Positions 1 through 10,185 of a stretch of 64,000 nt of DNA are shown here, one piece after another. Position 1 is the first letter of the stretch. The number at the start of each line of letters is the position of its first letter. The position numbers and the translations under genes were made by a program. The notes below the pieces were generated by a model. The model searched no databases, had not been told where the DNA came from, and was given only the letters and a program-made list of their open reading frames with translations. The stretch is taken from the NCBI GenBank assembly GCA_902494875.1, contig CABUUO010000004.1, positions 37,878 to 101,877 of the forward strand, read 5' to 3'. Source of the stretch: an uncultured Pseudomonadota bacterium. GTDB taxonomy: Bacteria; Pseudomonadota; Alphaproteobacteria; RF32; CAG-239.

Positions 1-387
1 AAGAAATTTTTAGCAGTAGCTTTTTCGTTTTTTCTGTTGGGCGGATGCTTCGGGTCCGATAACATCGTCGACAGCGAATATGAGTTGAAACAGGATAACG
101 AACTTTTCCGTATTGTCATCGGCTTTAACAATGACGGCAGATTTTACAGCAATGCCATTAACGGTGTTACGGGCGTTTACCAGCTGAACAATGACAGCAT
201 TACGCTGAGCATTAACTCTAAAACCAATGTTGTGCCTCATCAGGACTATGTTGCGATTGAAAATACCTATTTTTCGGATTTGAGAAAGGTCAACAAATTC
301 AGAACCACGCCGTCATCTTTAAGTCTTTATACTTATGACGGAAAAACGCTGCAGTTTGACCGGGTCGGAAAAGCTCAGGTTCAGTAG
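1..387 (+). CDS. META/HslJ-like domain lipoprotein (5' end cut by window edge)
   Basis: Frame 1 is open from base 1. KKFLAVAFSFFLLGGC is the tail of a lipoprotein signal peptide with a lipobox. The small beta-rich body resembles a META/HslJ domain. A hairpin terminator follows. Confidence 0.55.
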   Translation, partial: KKFLAVAFSFFLLGGCFGSDNIVDSEYELKQDNELFRIVIGFNNDGRFYSNAINGVTGVYQLNNDSITLSINSKTNVVPHQDYVAIENTYFSDLRKVNKFRTTPSSLSLYTYDGKTLQFDRVGKAQVQ

Positions 388-401
388 TCTTTTGCAGAGA
401 G

Positions 402-433
402 AAAAGCCCCGCGGGAAAGCGGGGCCTTTTTTT
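402..433 (+). terminator. rho-independent terminator
   Basis: GCCCCGC-gggaaa-GCGGGGC stem-loop followed by a T7 run. Confidence 0.8.
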
Positions 434-473
434 GTGGCAAAAGTAACAATAGCAGTTGAGAAAAATCGGTAAC

Positions 474-2078
474 ATGTTAGAAGTAGGCAAAAACAAAGGT
501 GATGATTTGAAAAAGAAAACGTTTTTGTGGATTTGCATCTATACTTTATTGCCGCTGCTGTTAAACTTTTTTTATACGCAGCATTCCCAGCTTGTGAAAA
601 AGTTTGCCAACGTTTTTGTTGATTGGGCGGCGCTGCTGTTGCCGCTGTTTATTTTCCCTAAGGCGGCAAAACGTTATATGTGGATATTTTTTCTGCTCTA
701 TCCGCTTTATTGGGTAAATATCTGCCACGGCATATTGTTTGGCGGCAGCCTGTCTTCCATTTCGTTTCAGACGGTATTTGACTCCAATCCGGCGGAAATT
801 TTGGATTTCATCGGCAATTTCTTCAATGTCGATATTCTGCTGGCAACGCTTTTGCTCTTTGTTCCGGGACTTTATATCTTGTTGAAAAAGGCCGCCCCGC
901 TGGAGTTGAACCGCCGGGCCCGTCTGATCGGGCTGATTGTCTGCGCCCTGTTTTTTGTCATAATGTTTTATCAGGCTCTGCGGCCCAAATACCGCATTCT
1001 GCCGGTCAAAATGGTTACGGAATATCTGACTTACCGCAATGATCTGCGTCGCATTATCGAGATTAAGAACAGCCGCAGCATTGAGCCTTTTGCAGATATC
1101 GTTTCTTCCGTGCCGGCGGACGAGCCTCAGACTTATGTTGTGGTTATCGGTGAATCTGTCGACCGCGGGCACCTCAATTTATACGGCTATCACCGCAACA
1201 CCATGCCCAAGCTGACTTCTTATGCCGATGAGCTTTACATTTTCCGAAATGTCTATTCGCCGCACAGCCATACGTTAAGTTCGCTGCGCAAGGTTTTAAC
1301 TTTTGCTCATGATGAAGAGCTGACCGATGCTTATGACCGCGGCAGTATAATCAATTATTTCAATGATGCCGGCTTCAAAACCTTCTGGCTCTCCAACCAG
1401 TATTCTATGGGAGACAACGACAATGTCATTGCCGTTTACGGAGAAGATGCCAAACGCGTGGAGTTCACCAATACCATGAACTGGCAGGAAATGGAAAGCG
1501 AATATGACGAAGTCCTGCTGCCGCTGGTGGAAAAGGCGTTGCAGGATAAGGCTGAGCGCAAGATTGTTTTTGTGCATCTGATGGGCAGTCACGGACGCTA
1601 TGAAAACCGCTATCCCAAACATTTTCGCCGTTTTTACGACTATGAAACCGCCCGCCAGAAAAAGGTTTGCCACTATGACAATTCAATTGTCTATACAGAC
1701 TATGTTTTAAATAAAATTATCAAACAGTTGCGCAAAACCGGTCAATATGCCTATCTTTTGTATTTCAGCGACCACGGGGAAGACGTTTATGACCGGGACG
1801 ACAGCTGCTTCTGCCATTCTGAAGACATTGCTTCCCGGCATATGTTTGAGATTCCGTTTATCTTGTGGCTGTCCGAACGTTATAAACGGCTTAATCCCGC
1901 TTTGGCCGAGCGCCTGCCGGATTACGCCGGGCGCTTGTTTAACACGCAGAACCTGATTCATTCTCTGCCAACCCTTTCGGGACTTGATAATCCCGACATA
2001 AAACCGGAGCTTAATTTGTTTGCTCCGGAATATGATGTGGGCAGGGTAAAACGTCCGCCCATAAAAAAACACCGCTGA
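474..2078 (+). CDS. phosphoethanolamine-transferase-type sulfatase family membrane protein
   Basis: Polytopic N-terminus followed by an alkaline-phosphatase/sulfatase-type domain (VVVIGESVDRGHLNLYGYHRNT, HLMGSHGRYENRYP, YFSDHGE). Start moved to ATG 474; the track ORF begins at TTG 456. Confidence 0.7.
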   Translation: MLEVGKNKGDDLKKKTFLWICIYTLLPLLLNFFYTQHSQLVKKFANVFVDWAALLLPLFIFPKAAKRYMWIFFLLYPLYWVNICHGILFGGSLSSISFQTVFDSNPAEILDFIGNFFNVDILLATLLLFVPGLYILLKKAAPLELNRRARLIGLIVCALFFVIMFYQALRPKYRILPVKMVTEYLTYRNDLRRIIEIKNSRSIEPFADIVSSVPADEPQTYVVVIGESVDRGHLNLYGYHRNTMPKLTSYADELYIFRNVYSPHSHTLSSLRKVLTFAHDEELTDAYDRGSIINYFNDAGFKTFWLSNQYSMGDNDNVIAVYGEDAKRVEFTNTMNWQEMESEYDEVLLPLVEKALQDKAERKIVFVHLMGSHGRYENRYPKHFRRFYDYETARQKKVCHYDNSIVYTDYVLNKIIKQLRKTGQYAYLLYFSDHGEDVYDRDDSCFCHSEDIASRHMFEIPFILWLSERYKRLNPALAERLPDYAGRLFNTQNLIHSLPTLSGLDNPDIKPELNLFAPEYDVGRVKRPPIKKHR

Positions 2079-2095
2079 GCGGTGTTTTTTTTTTT
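2063..2095. terminator. bidirectional terminator shared by convergent genes
   Basis: A7-ACACCGC-tga-GCGGTGT-T10. The loop is the stop codon of the upstream gene, and the trpS stop abuts the T-run. Confidence 0.8.
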
Positions 2096-3110
2096 ACTTT
2101 CCGAAAACGGCGTCCTTCAGGCGTTTGAGTGTGGCCTGTGCCGCCGGTCTGGCTTTGGCGGCACCTTGCGCCAGAAGTTCTTCCACTTCGTCAAAATGCG
2201 CCATATAGTAGTTGTATTTTTCTCTCGTTTCCTTAACCTCAGCAATAACGGCGTCAAGCAGCATATTTTTAATATGTCCGTAGCCGAGCTTGCCCTGACG
2301 CAGACCGTCGCCCATCTCTTGCAGCTGTTCCGGTGAGGCTATGGATTTATAAATTTCGTAGACCAGAATTTCGTCGGGGTTTTTGGGTTCCTCCATCGGA
2401 CGAGAGTCGGTTTTGATTGAAAAAATGGCTTTTTTGATGGCTTTGTCGTCTTCAAACAAAGGAATAACGTTGCCGTAGGATTTGCTCATTTTCCGTCCGT
2501 CGATACCGGGAACCACTGCCACGTTTTCGTCAAAGCGGTAAGTCGGAAGGCGCAGCAGCTCTTTGCCGTAGTGGGCGTTGATGGCGCCGGCGATATCGCG
2601 GGCAATTTCCACATGCTGTACCTGGTCTTTGCCGACCGGCACGATGTCTGAATCATAAGCCAGAATATCGGCCGCCATCAGGGTCGGATAGGTATACAGT
2701 CCCATATTGATGCCGTCGTCGTCGGGTTTGCCTGCTTCGCGGTTCTTGTCAACCTGGGCTTTGTAGGCATGCGCTTTGTTCATAAACCCTTTGGGCGTAT
2801 AGGCATATAGAATGGTCGTAATTTCGGGGATTTCCGGAATGTCTGACTGGCGGTAAAAATAAGATTTGTTTGGATCCAGACCGCCTGCCAGATAAATGCA
2901 GGCAATTTCTTTCATCATCTGATTCAGCACTACCGGATCTTTTTCGGCGTTGATGGCATGGTAGTCGGCAATGAACATATAGTGTTTGCCGCCTTGATTC
3001 AATGCTTCGTGGCCGAGTTTGATGGCAGGTTTGATTGCGCCGAGATAGTTGCCGAGATGTGGCTTTCCGGTCGGTTTGACGCCGGTTAAGATGGTTTTTC
3101 CTTCATACAT
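2094..3110 (-). CDS. trpS: tryptophan--tRNA ligase
   Basis: Class I aaRS signatures: HIGH-type PHLGNYLG and KMSKS. Length and overall pattern fit TrpRS. Start set at ATG (MYEGK...); an upstream TTG at 3134 is also possible. Confidence 0.9.
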   Translation of the reverse strand: MYEGKTILTGVKPTGKPHLGNYLGAIKPAIKLGHEALNQGGKHYMFIADYHAINAEKDPVVLNQMMKEIACIYLAGGLDPNKSYFYRQSDIPEIPEITTILYAYTPKGFMNKAHAYKAQVDKNREAGKPDDDGINMGLYTYPTLMAADILAYDSDIVPVGKDQVQHVEIARDIAGAINAHYGKELLRLPTYRFDENVAVVPGIDGRKMSKSYGNVIPLFEDDKAIKKAIFSIKTDSRPMEEPKNPDEILVYEIYKSIASPEQLQEMGDGLRQGKLGYGHIKNMLLDAVIAEVKETREKYNYYMAHFDEVEELLAQGAAKARPAAQATLKRLKDAVFGK

Positions 3111-3304
3111 TTTGTTATAATTCCTTGGTTTCAATAATCATTTTTAACAAAACTAATATAAAGCCGGCGTAAAATCAACCGAAAATCTGGATAACATTCA
3201 ATGACGGACTTAATTTTCTGTTGTTTTTATTTCAAAAATTGTTATTCTTCATATTTGTTGAAAATCAACGGAAACAATTCAAATAAATTTAGGACAGAAT
3301 AAAA

Positions 3305-4591
3305 ATGTTGGATATTAAATATATTGCCGAAAATCCGGATGTGATTAAGGATGGCCTGGCTAAAAAAGGCTATTCCAAAGATGTTATTGATGTAGACGCT
3401 CTGATTGCCCTGTATAAGGATATCAATAAGTTAAAAACCTCATCCCAGGCACTGTCCGAAGAAAAGAACAAACTCAGCAATTCCATCAAATCCGCTTCGG
3501 CCGAAGAACGCCCTGCCATCATTGCCAAAAGCAAGGCACTTGGGGAAGAGTTTAAGGTTGAACAGGAAAAACTGGATGCAGAACTGGCCAAGTTTAACGA
3601 CATTATGCTGCGGATGCCGAATATGCCTTCTCCCGAAAGCCCTGTCGGTCCGGATGATTCGGCCAATGTCGTCCGCCGCCGGGTGGGTGAACCGACCAAA
3701 TTTGACTTTACGCCCAAAGACCATATTGAACTGATGGAAATGAACGACTGGTCGGAAATGGAGCGCATTGCCAAGGTTTCCGGTTCGCGCACTTATGCCA
3801 TTAAAAATGACCTTGCAAAGCTGGAACTGGCAATCCATATGATGGTTCTGGACAAATTGCGCAGCCATGGCTTTACAGTTATCACCGTACCGTCCATTTC
3901 CAAGGAAAAGCCGTTGTACGGACAGGGATATCTGCCGTTTTCCCGCGATGAAATCTATTATATGCCGGCGGATGACATTTATCTTTCCGGCACTGCGGAA
4001 CTGATTCTGAACTCGTTGCACGCCGATGAGATTCTGACCGAAAACCAGCTGCCGATTCTTTATGCCGGCTTTTCACCCTGCTTCCGCCGCGAAGCCGGTG
4101 CTGCCGGTAAGGATACCCGCGGTTTGGTTCGCGTTCACCAGTTTATGAAAACCGAGCAGTTTGTCATTTGCAAAAATGACATTGCCGAAAGTGAAAAATG
4201 GCATCAGAAACTGCTGTCCATTTCGGAAGAGGTTTTGCAGGATCTGGAGCTGCCTTATCAGGTTTTGGAAGTCTGCACCGGCGATATGGGTGCGCCCAAA
4301 TATCGCCAGTATGATTTGGAAGCCTGGGTCCCGTCGCAGAATTGCTACCGCGAAACCCATTCCTGCTCCAACATTACCGAATGGCAGGCCCGCCGCACCA
4401 ATTTGCGCTACCGTGACAATGCAGACGGCAAGGTCAAATATGTCCATACCCTGAACAATACCGGCATTGCTACGCCGCGGGCACTGGTTCCGTTTATTGA
4501 AAACCACCAGAATGCGGACGGTACGGTCAACATCCCGGTAAAACTGCAGCCTTATATGGGCGGCAAAACCAAAATCGGCAAAGCCGCATGA
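3305..4591 (+). CDS. serS: serine--tRNA ligase
   Basis: N-terminal coiled-coil arm and class II motifs (FRREAGAAGKDTRGLVRVHQF, TLNNTGIATPR). Confidence 0.95.
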   Translation: MLDIKYIAENPDVIKDGLAKKGYSKDVIDVDALIALYKDINKLKTSSQALSEEKNKLSNSIKSASAEERPAIIAKSKALGEEFKVEQEKLDAELAKFNDIMLRMPNMPSPESPVGPDDSANVVRRRVGEPTKFDFTPKDHIELMEMNDWSEMERIAKVSGSRTYAIKNDLAKLELAIHMMVLDKLRSHGFTVITVPSISKEKPLYGQGYLPFSRDEIYYMPADDIYLSGTAELILNSLHADEILTENQLPILYAGFSPCFRREAGAAGKDTRGLVRVHQFMKTEQFVICKNDIAESEKWHQKLLSISEEVLQDLELPYQVLEVCTGDMGAPKYRQYDLEAWVPSQNCYRETHSCSNITEWQARRTNLRYRDNADGKVKYVHTLNNTGIATPRALVPFIENHQNADGTVNIPVKLQPYMGGKTKIGKAA

Positions 4592-4600
4592 TTTTTTTTG

Positions 4601-4630
4601 AAAACTCCCGGATTTCCGGGAGTTTTTATT
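4601..4630 (+). terminator. rho-independent terminator
   Basis: CTCCCGG-attt-CCGGGAG followed by a T-run. Confidence 0.75.
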
Positions 4631-4685
4631 GGAACTGTTGTCTTTTGCCTTTGGGCTGCTTAAATTAAAAAAAAGCGGAGGGAAA

Positions 4686-5360
4686 ATGGAAAAACTGAAT
4701 CTGGCAGAATTGCAGTATGTCCTGTTTGATTGGGACAATACTCTGGCCGAAAGCCGCACGGCGTTGGTCGCGACCGTCAATCAGGTCTTGAGCGAATACG
4801 GTCTGCCGTCATGGGAAGTTTCTTCCCGAAAGCGGAATCGCAATCTTTCCTTTCGCGACAATTTTCCCAATATTTTCGGTCCGGAGAAGGCTGCGGAAGC
4901 CTACCGTCGCTATGCGGAGCTTTATCTGCAAAACGTGCCGTCAATGATTTCAACTTTTCCCGGCGTGAAGGAGACCCTGGCTTTTTTTCATGACCGAGGG
5001 ATTCCGATGATAATTATGACGAACAAGGACCGGCGCCTTTTGGAATTTGAGCTGCCTCTGTTGTTTGTGCCGGAGCTTTTTGCCCGTATTGTTGCCGGAC
5101 ACGAGGCGCCGCGAGACAAACCGTATCCGGACCACGCGTTCTACAGTCTCCGCGGTCTGCTGAAACCGGAAGACTTTTCGCCGCGGAAGGTCTGGATTGT
5201 CGGTGACAGCAGTCAGGACAGCAGCTGCGCATTGGCGGCTCATGCGCTTGGGGTGCGCATCGGCAGGCCGATCTGGAATGACGAAGATGATTTGGCTCCC
5301 GGAATTATCCGTTTTGATGATTTTCGGGAATTTTTAAAAAGCCTCAAAAACAGCATTTGA
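4686..5360 (+). CDS. HAD-superfamily hydrolase (phosphoglycolate-phosphatase-like)
   Basis: DxDxT motif (LFDWDNTLAES), MTNK and GDSSQD motifs. GGAGG Shine-Dalgarno precedes ATG 4686. Confidence 0.75.
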   Translation: MEKLNLAELQYVLFDWDNTLAESRTALVATVNQVLSEYGLPSWEVSSRKRNRNLSFRDNFPNIFGPEKAAEAYRRYAELYLQNVPSMISTFPGVKETLAFFHDRGIPMIIMTNKDRRLLEFELPLLFVPELFARIVAGHEAPRDKPYPDHAFYSLRGLLKPEDFSPRKVWIVGDSSQDSSCALAAHALGVRIGRPIWNDEDDLAPGIIRFDDFREFLKSLKNSI

Positions 5361-5428
5361 TTAGTGAAAATTTAAGCTATTCTGCAATATGATGATTCTC
5401 GGAAAACGTTTTTTTGAGAAGATATGCC

Positions 5429-7003
5429 ATGAACAATGACGATGATGACGATTTGGGGCGTCCCCGGGTCTTAAAATTCATATTAATCGGTATCGTGCTT
5501 GCCTCTTTGCTTTGGGTTAACTATTGCCATTTTACCAGGCATATTTCTTCCAATCCCGAACGCATTAATCATTTTGTTGCGAAGGATGATAATATGGACA
5601 AATTCCGTGCTCCGGCAGTCGCCGGCGTTTTTTATCCGGCCGATACCGCTAACCTTAATGCCCAGGTTGGAAAATATTTGTCAAATGTTACGCCGCTGTC
5701 CGGCCGTCAGCCTAAAATGCTGATTGTGCCGCATGCCGGTTACAGATATTCGGCGCCGACGGCGGCCAAAGCTTACGGTCTCTTGGAACCTTATGCCCAA
5801 AATATTCGCAATGTGATTTTGGTCGGACCGTCGCACTATGTTGCGGTCGACGGTTTTGCCTTGTCGGGAGATGATTATTTCAAAACGCCGCTCGGCCGGG
5901 TGCCCGTAAACAAGGAAATTAATGCTGAATTGGCGCAAAATTCCCGCTTCAAATATAACAATCTTGCGCATTTGAAAGAACATTCGCTGGAAGTCCAGCT
6001 TCCGTTTTTGCAAAAAGCGCTGAAGCGTTTTTCAATTGTGCCTGTTGTGTACGGAAGTGGTGATCCTGCGGTTTTGGCCGCGGCCTTGCAGCCTTATGTC
6101 GACCGTCCGGATACGTTGATTATTTTTTCAGCCGATTTGTCGCATTATTACACCTATGATCAGGCGCGCCATATCGATTCGCAAACCGGAAAGTTGGTCG
6201 CGGACAGATTACCGCAGGTCGAGGAGCATATGTCCTGCGGTTCGTTGGGAATTAACACGGCTGTACTTTTAGCGCGCAAATATAACTTTCAGCCCCGGCT
6301 TTTGGATATTATAAATTCTGGTGACGTCACCGGTGACAAGTCCGGCGTCGTCGGTTATGGCGCCTGGAGTTTTGACCGTGGAGAAGCCCCGGAAGAAGAG
6401 GAGCTGTCACCATTAGAGCGGGAGGTTGAGAGCTTACGTTCCTTTGCCGGGATTTATGGCAAAGATCTGCTGGAAATAGCCGAAGCAAGCCTGAAAGAGG
6501 CCGTCGGCAGAAAAAAATATAAGCCCTCGCGAAGCGACTATCCCAATGAACTTTTTAACCGCGGTGCTTCTTTTGTTACCTTGCAGATCGGCAATGAGCT
6601 GCGCGGATGTATTGGTTCTTTGCTTCCCAATCGCGCCATTGCGGACGATATCGCCGACAACGCTTATAAAGCGGCCTTGGAAGACAGCCGTTTTTCCCCG
6701 CTGACTGCGGAAGAACTGAAAAATATAAAAACGTCGATTTCGTTGTTAAGCGGCTTTGAAGCGATTAATTATAAAGACGAAGCAGATTTGCTTTCAAAAA
6801 TAATCCAAGGTGTTAACGGCATCGTCATCCGCGACGGCAACCGCCAGGGTGTCTTTTTGCCGGCGGTTTGGAAGCAGCTTCCCGACAAGGCGGAATTTTT
6901 AAACAATTTGAAGATAAAGGCCGGTATGAGCCCCTCTTACTGGTCAAACCGGATTAAGGTTTATCGTTTCAGAGTAGTGGAGATTAGCAAAGATGAAAAT
7001 TAA
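5429..7003 (+). CDS. membrane-anchored fusion of a Memo-like (AmmeMemoRadiSam protein B) domain and an AMMECR1 (protein A) domain
   Basis: N-terminal TM helix. Memo-type motifs (AVAGVFYP, IVPHAGYRYS, DLSHYY). C-terminal AMMECR1 motifs (GASFVTL...LRGCIGS...GVFLP). Confidence 0.8.
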   Translation: MNNDDDDDLGRPRVLKFILIGIVLASLLWVNYCHFTRHISSNPERINHFVAKDDNMDKFRAPAVAGVFYPADTANLNAQVGKYLSNVTPLSGRQPKMLIVPHAGYRYSAPTAAKAYGLLEPYAQNIRNVILVGPSHYVAVDGFALSGDDYFKTPLGRVPVNKEINAELAQNSRFKYNNLAHLKEHSLEVQLPFLQKALKRFSIVPVVYGSGDPAVLAAALQPYVDRPDTLIIFSADLSHYYTYDQARHIDSQTGKLVADRLPQVEEHMSCGSLGINTAVLLARKYNFQPRLLDIINSGDVTGDKSGVVGYGAWSFDRGEAPEEEELSPLEREVESLRSFAGIYGKDLLEIAEASLKEAVGRKKYKPSRSDYPNELFNRGASFVTLQIGNELRGCIGSLLPNRAIADDIADNAYKAALEDSRFSPLTAEELKNIKTSISLLSGFEAINYKDEADLLSKIIQGVNGIVIRDGNRQGVFLPAVWKQLPDKAEFLNNLKIKAGMSPSYWSNRIKVYRFRVVEISKDEN

Positions 7004-8705
7004 CGGATATGAGCTGAACTTAAGTGAAGAACAATTGGATGAGATGCTGAATGACAAGTTGCGGGAGATTGATTTGGTTTCTCCTGATTTTGCCGGTTAT
7101 CGATCCCTGCCTGAAACGGAAAAGAAAGTTTTGCTGCATCTGGTTAAGGCAGCCCGCATAATGAATGACGTTTCTTTGGAGCAGGACCATCCGTTGAATC
7201 GGAGTTTGAAAAAAGGGCTGGAAGATGCGGCTCGGAACAGTTCTCATGCGGCCAAGGCCTTGCGTTTGTTTAATTGTTTTAACGGTGTTGCCGGTCTCAA
7301 CGGTTTAGATCCGGATCCGGTTGAAATTTTTAAAGGCGTTAAAATTTATCCGGGGCGCAATTTCTATCCGGTAGATTTAAGCGTTGAAGAATTTCATAAA
7401 ATCATCAAAAAGATGCTGGAAACCGGCAAGGTTGAAGAAGTGAGGAAAATCCTTAGTGCCCGCACCATGGTTAGGCGTTTTAACAATGAACTGAAGGCCG
7501 TCGACTACACCGAATATTTTGCCAAAGAATTTTCAGCCATTGCCAATGAACTGGAAGTAGCGGCGCATTACACGGCGGACGAAGCCTTTAAGGATTATCT
7601 CGGCTGGCAGGCTCAGGCTCTGATTCAGAACAATGAGGATATGGATATGCTGGCCGACAAGCATTGGGCGGTCTTGCAGGATTCTCCGCTCGAATTTACC
7701 GTCGGACGTGAAAATTATGATGACGAAATGACGCCGACGATTTGTGAAAATACGGAATTAAAATCAATGCTGGATAATCTGGGGATAGAAGTCAATTCCA
7801 AAGATATGCTGGGCATTCGCGTCGGCATCATCAATAAAAAGGGCACGGATCTGCTCCTGACGTTTAAGGATCAGATGAAACATCTGGCCCGGTTAATGCC
7901 CTATGCCGACCGTTATGCGCAAAACGTTGCCGGCGGCGATGAACTGAAACAGACAATGGTCGATGTCGATTTGGTTGCCCTGACCGGGGATTACGCTCAG
8001 TGCCGCGGTGCCATAACCACCGCCCAAAACCTGCCGAACGACGACAAGCTTTCCATCAAAACCGGCGGCGGCCGCCGAAATGTCTATCACCGCCAGGTTC
8101 GCATGAGTCAGGATATGGATGCGGTGAAGAAAAAACTCAATGCTTTGGTTTCGCCGGCGCTGCATCAATATTACAATCCCGAGGCCGACCATATTTTTGT
8201 CATTGGGCACGAAAACGGCCATTCGCTTGGTCCGGACAGCAGTTTTAAAAATTCGCTGGGCCTTTATAAACATACCATTGAAGAAAATAAGGCCGATGTC
8301 GTTTCCGTTGCCATGATGCCGGAATATGTCAAGGCCGGAATCATCGACGAAAAAACCTTAAAAGAAGTTTATACCACCTGGATTGTCCGAATGTTCCTCA
8401 AAGCCAGACCGCAGCTGATTCAACCGCATCGCGTCGGCGACCTGATCCATTTCAACTACCTGCTTGAACATGGAGCCATCCATTTTAACGCAGACGGCAA
8501 GCTGGAGATAGATTTTGATAAGTTGCCGGAGGTTATGAATCGGATTTTGGATGAAACGATTGCCGTCCAGTTGTCAAAATCTCCTGAAAAAGCAAAATCT
8601 TTTATTGATAAATATTCAACTTGGGGCGATATTCACCGATATATTGCCGAAACGCTGCGCAAAATCGGCATCAAACCATATATTGAAATAAGGACTTACT
8701 TCTAA
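6993..8705 (+). CDS. DPP III-like (M49-type) zinc metallopeptidase, pentapeptide HExxH subtype
   Basis: HENGH zinc motif with a downstream EENKAD motif, about 570 aa. Start overlaps the previous gene by 11 nt. Confidence 0.55.
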   Translation: MKINGYELNLSEEQLDEMLNDKLREIDLVSPDFAGYRSLPETEKKVLLHLVKAARIMNDVSLEQDHPLNRSLKKGLEDAARNSSHAAKALRLFNCFNGVAGLNGLDPDPVEIFKGVKIYPGRNFYPVDLSVEEFHKIIKKMLETGKVEEVRKILSARTMVRRFNNELKAVDYTEYFAKEFSAIANELEVAAHYTADEAFKDYLGWQAQALIQNNEDMDMLADKHWAVLQDSPLEFTVGRENYDDEMTPTICENTELKSMLDNLGIEVNSKDMLGIRVGIINKKGTDLLLTFKDQMKHLARLMPYADRYAQNVAGGDELKQTMVDVDLVALTGDYAQCRGAITTAQNLPNDDKLSIKTGGGRRNVYHRQVRMSQDMDAVKKKLNALVSPALHQYYNPEADHIFVIGHENGHSLGPDSSFKNSLGLYKHTIEENKADVVSVAMMPEYVKAGIIDEKTLKEVYTTWIVRMFLKARPQLIQPHRVGDLIHFNYLLEHGAIHFNADGKLEIDFDKLPEVMNRILDETIAVQLSKSPEKAKSFIDKYSTWGDIHRYIAETLRKIGIKPYIEIRTYF

Positions 8706-10088
8706 ATGTACTATAGTTTTTTTGAGATTTTTTCAATCGGTATCGGACCATCCAGTTCGCATACGGTCGGGCCGATGCGCGCCGCCAAAAGATATATTAA
8801 AAATCTGAAGAAAGCCGGCTTTTTCGACCGGCTGGCTCGGGTTGAAACCACGCTTTACGGTTCTCTGGCGCTGACCGGTGTCGGTCATGGCACGGTTAAG
8901 GCCATAGCCTATGGGCTTATGGGACTGGAGGCTGAAGAAATCGATCCCGAAAAGGCCTATATGCTGGCCATTGAACGTGACAAGATTCTGCAGGCCGATC
9001 ATGAAAAAGTCATTGCCTTTGACTTGGACAAGGACATCGTTTTTGAAAAGGAAACGTTCCTGCCCGAACACTCCAACGGTATGACCTTTAAGGCTTACGA
9101 CGAGGCTGGCGGCCTTTTGTTTGAAGAGACTTATTTTTCGGTCGGCGGCGGAACCATTGCCCGCCGGGACGAAATTGCCAAACGTATTGAGCGCGAACCA
9201 TACAATGTGCCGTATAATTTTGATACCTGTGACCAGTTGATAGCGCTCTGCGAACGGGAAAATATGAGCATTGCCGATTTGGTTATGGCCAACGAATGCG
9301 CGCTGCGCAGCAAGGAAGACGTTATGAGCGGCATTATGAAAATTCACCGTATCATGCAAAATTCTGTCGACCGCGGCATGAATGCGCACGGCATTTTGCC
9401 GGGCGGACTGAATATCCGCCGCCGTGCCAATGAAATTTATCAGCGTCTGGAGGAAAAATTCCGCAATAACGATTACGATCCGCTGCTGATGATAGACTGG
9501 ATCAATCTGTGGGGTTTTGCCGTTGCCGAAGAAAACGCTTCTGGAGGTCAGATTGTCACCGCTCCAACCATGGGATCGGCCGGCGTGATTCCTTCCGTTT
9601 TGCGTTACTTTGAACGTTTTGCCGTTCATAAATCCTGCAACGGCATTGAAGACGGAATTTTGAAGTTTTTGCTCACAGCCTCGGCTATTTGCAGCCTTTA
9701 TCGTACCAACGCTTCCATTTCCGGCGCTGAGGTCGGTTGCCAGGGCGAAGTCGGCGTGGCTTGTTCAATGGCGGCGGCAGGATTGGCCGCAGCCATGGGC
9801 GGAAATTTAAAACAGATTGAAAATGCCGCTGAAATTGCCATGGAACATAATTTGGGACTGACTTGCGATCCTCTGGCCGGCTTGGTTCAGGTTCCCTGCA
9901 TTGAACGCAATGCCATGGGCGCGGTCAAGGCCGTCAATTCGGCGCGCATTGCCATGAAAGGCAACGGAGAGCATATCGTGTCGCTGGACAGTGTGATTAA
10001 GACCATGTTTGACACCGGCCGCGATATGAACAACAAATACAAGGAAACCTCTTTGGGCGGTCTGGCCGTAAATGTAGCCAACTGCTGA
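8706..10088 (+). CDS. sdaA: L-serine ammonia-lyase (Fe-S, single chain)
   Basis: N-terminus MYYSFFEIFSIGIGPSSSHTVGPMRAA and the overall alpha+beta domain pattern of L-serine dehydratase. Confidence 0.9.
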   Translation: MYYSFFEIFSIGIGPSSSHTVGPMRAAKRYIKNLKKAGFFDRLARVETTLYGSLALTGVGHGTVKAIAYGLMGLEAEEIDPEKAYMLAIERDKILQADHEKVIAFDLDKDIVFEKETFLPEHSNGMTFKAYDEAGGLLFEETYFSVGGGTIARRDEIAKRIEREPYNVPYNFDTCDQLIALCERENMSIADLVMANECALRSKEDVMSGIMKIHRIMQNSVDRGMNAHGILPGGLNIRRRANEIYQRLEEKFRNNDYDPLLMIDWINLWGFAVAEENASGGQIVTAPTMGSAGVIPSVLRYFERFAVHKSCNGIEDGILKFLLTASAICSLYRTNASISGAEVGCQGEVGVACSMAAAGLAAAMGGNLKQIENAAEIAMEHNLGLTCDPLAGLVQVPCIERNAMGAVKAVNSARIAMKGNGEHIVSLDSVIKTMFDTGRDMNNKYKETSLGGLAVNVANC

Positions 10089-10185
10089 TTCCGGTAAGCT
10101 TGTGGCATAACCGCTATTTTTTGCTTGCGCTGCGGCTTAAAATGCCGCAGTATCTGTTTATGTCATAACAACAAGAGGAAAGCTA

